From: Squalus acanthias
Taxonomy: Eukaryota
Assembly: GCA_030390025.1 (NCBI GenBank)
Contig: CM059438.1
Span: 55,554,001-55,618,000 of the forward strand
Direction: 5' to 3'
DNA: 64,000 nucleotides
In this document: piece by piece, positions 1 to 8,470 of the stretch
How the letters are laid out: the number at the start of each line of letters is the position of its first letter
Position numbering within the stretch: the first letter of the stretch is position 1
Notes under the pieces: generated by a model
The model's input: only the letters and a program-made list of their open reading frames with translations
What the model was told of the DNA's origin: nothing
Database searches by the model: none
Made by a program: the position numbers and the translations under genes

Positions 1-2281
1 GGTTTCCTGACACAATATGTGGATAGGCCGACAAGAGCTGGGGCCACATTGGATTTGGTACTGGGTAATGAACCGGGCCAAGTGTTTGATTTGTATGTGG
101 GAGAGCACTTTGGAGATAGTGACCACAATTCGGTGACTTTCACTATTGCAATGGAGAGGGATAGGGCCATACGGCAGGGCAGGGTTTATAATTGGGGGAG
201 GGGTAATTATGATTAGGCAAGAATTAGGGAGCATAAGATGGGAACAGAAACTATCAGGGAAAGGCACAAACGAAAAGTGGAGCTTTTTCATGGAGCAATT
301 ACTGCGTGTCCTTGATAGGTATGTCCCTGTCAGGCAGGGAGGAAATGGCCGAGTGAGAGAACCATGGTTCACAAAAGAGGTTGAATGTCTAGTCAAGAGG
401 AAAAAGGAAGCGTATGTAAGGATGAGAAAACAAGGTTCAGTTGGGTCGATTGAGGGGTACAAGGTAGCAAGGAATGAGCTAAAAAAAGAGCTTAGGAGAG
501 CTAGGAGGGGGCATGAGAAGTCCTTGGCGGGTCGGATCAAGGAAAACCCCAAGGCTTTTTACTCTTATGTGAGAAATAAAAGAATGACCAGGGTGAGGGT
601 AGGGCCGGTCAAGGACAGTAGTGGGAACTTGTGCATGGAGTCAGAAGAGATAGGAGAGGTGATGAATGAATACTTTTCGTCAGTGTTCACCGAGGAGAGG
701 GGCCATGTTTTTGAGGATGAGAGTGTGATAAAGGTGGATAGGCTGGAGGAGGTAGATGTTCTGAGGGAAGATGTTTTAGCAATTTTGAAGAACCTGAGGG
801 TCGATAAGTCCCCTGGGCCAGATGGGATATATCCTAGGATTCTTTGGGAGGCAAGGGAGGAGATTGCAGAGCCTTTGGCTTTGATCTTTGGGTCCTCACT
901 GTCCATGGGGATGGTGCCAGAGGACTGGAGAGTGGCGAATGTTGTTCCTCTCTTCAAGAAAGGAAATAGGAATGACCCTGGTAATTATAGGCCGGTTAGT
1001 CTTACTTCGGTGGTTGGTAAGATAATGGAAAAGGTCCTGAGGGATAGGATTTATGACCATTTGGAAAGATGCAACTTAATCCGGGATAGTCAACACGGAT
1101 TCGTGAAGGGTAAGTCTTGCCTAACAAATTTGATTGAATTCTTTGAGGAGGTAACTAAGTGTGTAGATGAAGGTAGAGCAGTTGATGTCGTATACATGGA
1201 TTTTAGTAAGGCGTTTGATAAGGTTCCCTATGGTCGGCTCATGAAGAAAGTAAGGAGTTGTGGGATAGAGGGAAATTTGGCCGATTGGATAAGTAACTGG
1301 CTATCTCATAGAAGGCAGAGGGTGGTGGTGGATGGAAAATTTTCGGACTGGAGACCAGTTACCAGCGGTGTGCCACAGGGGTCGGTGCTGGGTCCTCTGC
1401 TGTTTGTGATTTTTATCAATGACTTGGAGGAGGGGACTGAAGGGTGGATCAGTAAATTTGCTGATGACACCAAGATTGGTGGAGTAGTGGATGAGGTGGA
1501 GGGCTGTTGTAAGCTGCAAAGAGACATTGATAGGATGCAGAGCTGGGCCGAAAAATGGCAGATGGAATTTAACCCTGATAAGTGCGAGGTGATTCATTTT
1601 GGTAGGGCAAATTTGAATAAGGATTACAGGGTCAACGGCAGGGTTCTGAGGAACGTGGAGGAACAGAGGGATCTGGGGGTTCATATCCACAGATCTCCGA
1701 AGGTTGCCACTCAAGTGGATAGAGCAGTAAAGAAGGCCTATAGTGTGTTAGCGTTTATTAACAAGGGGTTTGAGTTTAAGAACCGTGAGGTTATGCTGCA
1801 ACTGTACAGGACCTTGGTGAGACCACATTTGGAATATTGTGTGCAGTTCTGGTCACCTCACTATAGGAAGGACGTGGAAGCATTGGAAAGAGTGCAAAGG
1901 AGATTTACCAGGATCCTGCCTGGTTTGGGGGGGAGGTCTTATGAGGAAAGATTGAGGGAGCTAGGGCTTTTCTCTTTAGAGCAGAGGAGGATGAGAGGCG
2001 ACTTAATAGAGGTTTATAAGATGATGAGGGGGATAGATAGAGTGGATGTTCAGAGACTATTTCCTCGGGTGGATGTAGCTGTTACAAGGGGGCATAACTA
2101 TAAGGTGCATGGGGGGAGATATAGAAGGGATGTCTGAGGTAGATTCTTTACTCAGAGAGTGGTTGGGGTGTGGAATGGACTGCCTGCTGTGATAGTGGAG
2201 TTGGACACTTTAGGAACTTTCAAGCGGTTATTGGATAAGCACATGGAGCACACCAGAATGATAGGGAGTGGGATAGCTTGA
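1..2281 (+). pseudogene. CR1 ORF2 (endonuclease/reverse transcriptase), disabled by a frameshift near 213 and a premature TGA at 2135-2137
   Basis: ORF 19..216 (frame open from base 1) switches to the frame of ORF 146..2137 at GNYD/IRQELG. After TGA 2135-2137 the same frame continues with typical CR1 residues GRFFTQRVVGVWNGLP...FKRLLDKHM to TGA 2279-2281. Confidence 0.9.
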
Positions 2282-2343
2282 TTTTGGTTTCGGACAATGC
2301 TCGGCACAACATTGAGGGCCGAAGGGCCTGTACTGTGCTGTAC

Positions 2344-2372
2344 TGTTCTATGTTCTATGTTCTATGTTCTAT
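2344..2372 (+). repeat. CR1 3' terminal microsatellite (TGTTCTA)4
   Basis: tgttcta tgttcta tgttcta tgttcta t directly ending the element. Confidence 0.9.
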
Positions 2373-2374
2373 AA

Positions 2375-2620
2375 GAGACATTTTACACTTGAGGTTAAAG
2401 CGAATGTCGCGGCTCAGGTAGAGGGATGTCCAGGGAGCAAACAGTGGGGGTAACTGGATTGGTGGGCTGTGCCCTGGAGGTCTGTGCAGGGACCTCTTTT
2501 GTTATCCATTTCTATAATTGATCAGGACATAGGCACAAGAGGAATGGTATGAAAGGTTGCTGATGGGACCAAATTGGAGGGTGAAATGGCAGAGCCGGAG
2601 GACCAATGAGACAGACTTTA
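2375..2620 (+). mobile_element. Highly degenerate old CR1 RT fragment
   Basis: Decayed GSV-GPL region (~2478-2500) and aaggttgctgatgggaccaaattggaggg (~2553-2581) resembling KFADDTKLGG; no intact ORF. Confidence 0.55.
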
Positions 2621-2621
2621 G

Positions 2622-2965
2622 GTTCTTTCACTATCCATTCTCAGGATGTGGGTTACCCTGATAAGGCCACATTCACTGCCAATCCCTAGCTGCCCTGAAG
2701 CGATTGTTTTTACAACTAATTGGCTTTCCAGGTCAGTTCAGAGGGCATTGTGTGGTACTGGAGTCACATGTAGGCCAGGCCGGCTAAGGTTCTGGCAAGT
2801 TCCCTTCTCTGAAGGACATTAGTCAATGATTTGAGTTTTTACAACATCCAGCGCCTTTCATGGTCATTCTTTTGGTGCTTGAGTTACTGAGTTCAAGTCC
2901 CGAACTTGTCCAGATGGTATTTGAACTTATGACCCCTGGGTTGCTAAGTGTAGGACCAGAACCAG
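2622..2965 (-). mobile_element. Degenerate tRNA-headed SINE (shark-type) inserted in the old CR1
   Basis: Minus-strand box B-like GTTCAAAT at 2919-2926 near the 5' end. Body (ggagtcacatgtaggccag...ttcccttctctgaaggacattagt) and tail (cattctcaggatgtggg...ggccacattcactgccaatccctag) resemble a common elasmobranch SINE, from recall. Confidence 0.65.
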
Positions 2966-2969
2966 ACAG

Positions 2970-3458
2970 TGGTTGGGCCACAGTTAAGAGTATTGAATTC
3001 AGTTCTGGACATCCTTATTATAGGAAGGATAGCAGAGCCATGGAAAGGGGACAGTGAAGATTCACTGGACTGAGACCAGGTAGAGTTATGTAGAAAGGGT
3101 TGAAACATTGGGATTTTTCTCACTGGAACAGATAAGATTAAAGCAGATCTAATGGAAGGTTTGAAAATTATAAAAGGTTTTGAGGGTGAATAGTGAAAAA
3201 TGATTCCACTGGTTGGTGAATCAGTAACAAGGGGGCACAGACTGAGGATCTTCACGAGAAGAATGAAGGGGAAGTTAGGAGAATGGTTTTCACACAGGGT
3301 TATTAGAACAGGGAATGTTTCACCGCAAGGGGCTACTGAGGCAGCGACTGTTAACGTCCTTTAGAAAGGACCTGGATAAGGATTTAAAAGGAAGACTATA
3401 AAAGGATATGGAGCAAGGACAGGGAAATGGGATTAGAATAGACAGGTCTAGTTAAAGA
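2970..3458 (+). mobile_element. Degenerate 3' part of an old CR1 ORF2
   Basis: Frameshifted remnants of P.L-EY..QFW-HPYYRKD..AMER.Q.RF, LG.FSLE, DLME..KIIKGF, TRGH, FTQ, KGYG...GKWD. Confidence 0.75.
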
Positions 3459-3691
3459 GCCAACACCAGGATTATCCCGGAGTCTCCAGGAGTTCAGGAT
3501 TAATCTCCAGGACACTGCTACGAGCAATCCAGGAGAAAAATCATAGGGGTTATAAAAAAATGGTGTGTTTGTTGTGGTTTCTTTGAACACTTTCTTTTAT
3601 ACAAAGGCTGTGTGACCGGACGGGGCGATTGGAGGCAGGAGATCATGTGATGGAACCGCCAGCAATACGGCCAACCAGAGTTGGCGAGCCT
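3455..3691. mobile_element. Probable non-autonomous DNA transposon (MITE, hAT-like TIR remnants)
   Basis: Ends gccaac (3459-3464) and gttggc (3680-3685) are inverted. Several internal CCAGG motifs. Resembles AGGGTTGCCAAC-terminated MITEs, from recall. TSD not recognisable. Confidence 0.45.
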
Positions 3692-3745
3692 GTGTTCTGT
3701 GCTGTAGTTTTTGAACGTGTTGCGGAATACTAGTCAGGTAAGTGG

Positions 3746-4431
3746 AATAAAAACAGAAAGTGCTGGAAATACTCAGCATCTGTGGAGAGAGAAACAGAGT
3801 TAACGTTTCAGGTCGATGACCTTTCATCAGAACTGGAAAAAGTTAGCGATGTAACAGATTTTAAGCAAATGCAGAGGCGGGGAAAGAACAAAAGGGAAGG
3901 TCTGTGATAGGTTGGAAGGCAGGAGAGATTAAATTGGAAAAGGGATGATGGTGCAAGGCAAAAGTTGATGGTAATGGGACAAGTAAAGAAACAAAGGATG
4001 GGTCGAGATGAGGTGTAAATGAGAATAGCAGAATCATCAACAGCTGCCATCTGAAAAAATATGGGCAGAGGTTATGGTCTGAAATTGTTGAACTCAATGT
4101 TGAGTCCAGAAGGCTGTAAAGTGCCTAATCGAAAGATGAGGTGCTGTTCCTCGAGCTTACGTTGAGCTTCATTGGAACAATGTAAGAGGCCGAGGACAGA
4201 GAGATCAGAGTGGGAGTGGAGCGGAGAATTCAAGTGACAGGCGACCGGAAGCTCGGGGTCACGCTCGTGGACTGAATAGAGACCAAACGCAGATTGGGTG
4301 ACCACTTTGTGGAACGCCTTCATTCAGGCTGCTCAGGAGAGTTTCTCTCTCCACAGATGCTGCCTGACCTGTTGAGTATTTCCAGCACTTTCTGTTTTTA
4401 TTTCAGATTTCCAGCATCTGCAGTATTTTGC
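3746..4431 (-). mobile_element. Penelope-like element (PLE) remnant: GIY-YIG endonuclease C-terminus and terminal region, with an inverted segment
   Basis: Minus ORF encodes SVHERDPELPVACHLNSPLHSHSDLSVLGL...RKLEEQHLIFRLGTLQPSGLN. Plus strand 4278-4327 encodes ETKRRLGDHFVERLHS. Terminal sequence is present as an inverted repeat at 3746-3795 and 4341-4402. Confidence 0.85.
3798..3834 (-). ncRNA. Minimal type-I hammerhead ribozyme motif in PLE terminal region
   Basis: Minus strand reads AGUU-CUGAUGA-A-AGGUC-AUC-GACCU-GAAA-CGUU-AACU: catalytic boxes, stem II AGGUC/GACCU, stem I AGUU/AACU, loopless palindromic stem III (AACGUU), GUU triplet. Confidence 0.7.
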
Positions 4432-4914
4432 ATTCAATTAGTAATGTACTGGAATATGAGCTGGCTTTTATATTCCAAATATTGGATCATAAAACTTCTC
4501 CGCCCCAGAAATAGGAGTGTCACTGTCATCACAGACTGTTGAGAGTAGGCCATATGTTTGGAAAGATAAGCTTATCTCCGGATATAGTCACTTATGATTA
4601 TGGGATGTTGCTGCAGCTATTACCCACTCAGTTCCATTAATCATTCTATCACATCAAACTGCTCTACATTCTAGGTTTATTCTGTAAACACAAAAATAGG
4701 CCGTAACATGTACACCAACAGCCAGTGCCGTGAATTCCTCCTGGCTTCTGCCAGTCTCCTGCCTTAACACCGGTGAGACTTGCAGAACCCCTTGGGAAGG
4801 TGGTGGAGACCTGGTTTCACCGGGTAGTGGCATATCAGATTTTCAAAAACCTTCTTTCAACAGATCAACCCCCGAAGCAAGAAGGGTCGAGGGTCGGTGG
4901 GGGGCCTGGGCAAC

Positions 4915-5045
4915 CCCACTCCACCCTACACCCCGCCCTCGCACTCCACCCTACACCCCGCCCTCCCACTCCACCCTACACCCCGCCCTCCCACTCCACC
5001 CTCCACCCCGCCCTCCCACTCCATCTTACACCCCGCCCTCCTACC
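4915..5045 (+). repeat. 25-bp C-rich minisatellite, about 5 copies (CCACCCTACACCCCGCCCTCCCACT)
   Basis: ccaccctaca recurs at 4921, 4946 and 4971, with variants at 4996 and 5021. Confidence 0.85.
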
Positions 5046-5298
5046 CCATCCCTCCCCACTCCTCCCCACCTCACCCCACCTCACCCCTCCCCAGCCCTCC
5101 TCACCTCACCCCACCGTCCCCACCCGTCCCCACCTCACCCCGCCCTCCCACCCCACCCCACTCCACTCCACCCACCCCTTCCCTCCTCACCCCTCCCCAC
5201 CCCACCCCACCTCAAACTATCCCACCCACCTCTTCCCCTCCCCACCTCCTCCCCTCCCCACCATACACCAACCACCCCCACCTCCCCACCCGACCCCA
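5046..5298. repeat. C-rich low-complexity tract (CCCCA/CCTCA-like pentamers)
   Basis: Nearly G-free plus strand; explains the Pro/His/Thr-rich spurious ORFs. Confidence 0.85.
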
Positions 5299-5552
5299 GG
5301 AGGGGAGAGACGGGGTAGTGGGTCATCGGTTGGGTAGAGAGACAGCAGGACTCGGTCTGCCAGTGGGACGTTGCTTATGAAAAAGTTGCACGGGCGGAAT
5401 TGAAGGTGAGACACCAGCGTGATTGAGGAATGGGAGCTGGAGGTCGGAGGAGGAGACGGTATTGAGATAGTTTTTGTTACGTCTTCACAGATACAGAAAC
5501 ACGGCAGGTCAGTCGGTGCCTGTACAGTGAATGAGTTTAAAGGATTGTACCT

Positions 5553-5660
5553 GAGAAAGAAAGACTTGCATTTCTATAGCACCTTCCACGTCCTCCGGAC
5601 GTCCCAAAGCGCTTTACAGCCAATGAGATACTTTATTTTCAACAGTAGTCACTGTTGTAG
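5553..5660 (-). mobile_element. 3' tail fragment of a DeuSINE/SacSINE1-like SINE (L2-type tail)
   Basis: Minus strand reads ctacaacagtgactac...cattggctgtaaagcgctttgggacgtcc...gaaggtgctatagaaatgcaagtctttctttc; family assignment from recall. Confidence 0.7.
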
Positions 5661-6282
5661 GAATCTAAGTGAGCTGTGAGTTTTTAGCTGTCATGGAACA
5701 GTTGACAGTGGATATTAATCATTGAACCAAACATCATCACCCGTACAGGGTTCCAACACTGCGACAGTGCACAGGAAACATTTGAAGCCACACAGGAAGG
5801 GTTTGGTCAAAGCCCAGTCAGGGGTGGAAACTGTGCTAGAACCGATAGCCCTCCACCATCCACCACAGCAGACCTGGAAACACGCTGATATTCAACACGG
5901 CCAAGATTAGAATTGCACAGCCTGCTGTTCTCCAGGATCACAGGCCTAACATTCTGTGCTAATTCTGTGCTCAGCTAGGTGATTTCAACCCAGGCTAGCA
6001 GGTAACTCATCCCCAACCCCGATCAGGCTGCCGCTACCCAGTGCCCCCAGTACAATGCGGGTAGACATTGGTTGAGGACGGTATTGAATCCATGCCCCCA
6101 GTCAGTGCCCGTGATATGCATACCCCCATGGAGAATAACCAGGGAACACTTACTGTCTGGGCTCACAGACAAAGAAGGGACAAATTTTGGAGGGGTGGCA
6201 GCCACCCACGGTACCCGTCCCCCAGTGAGAGTCAGTGCCCGTGGAGACTGCACCATAGAGAGAGTTGGTGCTCATTAAACCA

Positions 6283-8470
6283 GTACCCCAGTGACAGTCC
6301 CTGCCCAAGGACCCGTACCCCAGTGACAGTCCCTGCCCAAGGACCCGTACCCCAGTGACAGTCCCTGCCCAAGGAACCGTACCCCAGTGACAGTCCCTGC
6401 CCAAGGACCCGTACCCCAGTGACAGTCACTGCCCAAGGACCCGTACCCCAGTGACAGTCCCTGCCCAAGGACCCGTACCCCAGTGACAGTCCCTGCCCAA
6501 GAACCCGTACCCCAGTGACAGTCCCTGCCCAAGGACCCGTACCCCAGTGACAGTCACTAACCAAGGACCCGAACCCCAGTGACAGTCCCTGCCCAAGGAT
6601 CCGTACCCCAGTGACAGTCACTAACCAAGGACCCAAACCCCAGTGACAGTCCCTGCCCAAGGAACCGTACCCCAGTGACAGTCACTAACCAAGGACCCGA
6701 ACCCCAGTGACAGTCCCTGCCCACGGACCCGTACCCCAGTGACAGTCCCTGCCCAAGGAACCGTACCCCAGTGACAGTCCCTGCCCAAGGAACCGTACCC
6801 CAGTGACAGTCACTAACCAAGGACCCGAACCCCAGTGACAGTCCCTGCCCAAGGAACCGTACCCCAGTGACAGTCACTAACCAAGGACCCGTACACCAGT
6901 GACAGTCCCTGCCCAAGGACCCGTACCCCAGTGACAGTCCCTGCCCAAGGGCCCGTACCCCAGTGACAGTCACTGCCCAAGGACACGTACCCCAGTGACA
7001 GTCACTAACCAAGGACCCATACACCAGTAACAGTCCCTGCTCAAGGACACGTACCCCAGTGACAGCCACTGCCCAAGGACCCGTACCCCAGTGAGAGTCA
7101 GTGCCTGTGGAACCCGTACCCCAGTGACAGTCCCTGCCCAAGGACCCGTACCCCAGTACAGTCCCTGCCTAAGGACCCGTACCCCAGTGACAGTCCCTGC
7201 CCAAGGACCCATACCCCAGTGAGAGTCACTGCCCAAGGAGCCGTACCCCAGTGACAGTCCCTGCCCAAGGACCCGTACCCCAGTGACAGTCCCTGCCCAA
7301 GGACCCGTACCCCAGTGACAGTCCCTGCCCAAGGACCCGTACCCCAGTGACAGTCCCTGCCCAAGGACCCATACCCCAGTGACAGTCCCTGCCCAAGGAC
7401 ACGTACCCCAGTGACAGTCCCTGCCCAAGGACCCATACCCCAGTGAGAGTCACTGCCCAAGGACCCGTACCCCAGTGACAGTCCCTGCCCTAGGGCCCGT
7501 ACCCCAGTGACAGTCCCTGCCCAAGGACCCATACCCCAGTGAGAGTCACTGCCCAAGGACCCGTACCCCAGTGACAGTCCCTGCCCAAGGACCCATACCC
7601 TAGTAACAGTCCCTGCCCAAGGACACGTACCCCAGTGACAGACCCTGCCCAAGGACCCGTACCCCAGTGAGAGTCGATGCCTGTGAAACCCATACCCCAG
7701 TGAGAGTCAGTGTCTGTGGAACATGTACGCCAGTGAAAGCCCCTGCCCAAGGACCCGTACCCCAATGACAGTCCCTGCCCAAGGACCCGTACCCCAATGA
7801 CAGTCCCTGCCCAAGGAGCCATACCCCAGTGACAGACCCTGCCCAAGGAGCCGTACCCCAGTGAGAGTCCCTGCCCAAGGACCCATACCCCAGTGAGAGT
7901 CAGTGCCTGTAATACCTATACTCCAGTGAGAGTCAGTTTCTGTGGAACTCATACACCAGGGAGAGACAGTGTCTGTGGAACCCGTACCCCAGTGACAGTC
8001 CCTGGCCAAGGACCCGTACTCCATTGAGAGACAGTGCCCAAGGACCCGTACCCCGGTCACAGTCCCTGCCCAAGGACCCGTACCCCAGTGACAGTCCCTG
8101 CCCAAGGACCCGTACCCCAGTGACAGTCCCTGCCCAAGTACCCGTACACCAGTGACAGTCCCTGCCCAAGGACCCGTACCCCAGTGACAGTCCCTGCCCA
8201 AGGACCCGTACCCCAGTGACAGTCCCTGCCCAAGGACCCGTACCCCAGTGGCAGTCCCTGCCCAAGGACCCGTACCCCAGTGACAGTCCCTGCCCAAGGA
8301 CCCGTTCCCCAGTGACAATCCCTGCCCAAGCACCCGTACCCCAGTGACAGTCCCTGCCCAAGGACCCGTACCCCAGTGACAGTCACTACCCAAGGACCCG
8401 TACCCAAGTGACAGTCACTGCCCAAGGACACGTACCCCAGTGACAGTCACTGCCCAAGGACCCGTACCCC
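6283..8470 (+). repeat. Domain dominated by the 32-bp monomer GTACCCCAGTGACAGTCCCTGCCCAAGGACCC
   Basis: Near-perfect 32-bp period from 6283; translations cycle through all three frames (GRDCHWGTGPW/AGTVTGVRVL/GQGLSLGYGSL). Confidence 0.95.

Larger units (their letters stand above)
1..2372 (+). mobile_element. CR1-clade non-LTR retrotransposon (LINE), 3' portion; continues upstream of the window
   Basis: APE endonuclease C-terminal motifs (TLDLVL, GDSDHN) in frame 1 from base 1. RT motifs KSPGPDG, NYRPVSL, QHGF, DFSKAFD, GVPQGSVLGP and KFADD, followed by CR1-type C-terminus RPHLEYCVQFW. Short 3' UTR ending in a (TGTTCTA)4 tail. Confidence 0.96.

Noticed and set aside
565..1714. Minus-strand ORFs overlapping the CR1 (also 58955-59608)
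   Set aside because: Antisense shadows of the RT coding frame.
4730..5380. Pro/His-rich ORFs in all three plus frames
   Set aside because: Artefact of a C-rich tract lacking stop codons.
5217..5550. Possible minus-strand exon (tttctttctcag acceptor at ~5551 followed by an open frame)
   Set aside because: The acceptor is formed by a SINE tail, the peptide has no recognisable family, and the frame runs into low-complexity sequence without a supportable donor.
5960..6030. Weak resemblance to an LF-SINE-like segment (ctgtgctcagctaggtgatttcaacccagg)
   Set aside because: Too short and diverged to support without a profile search.
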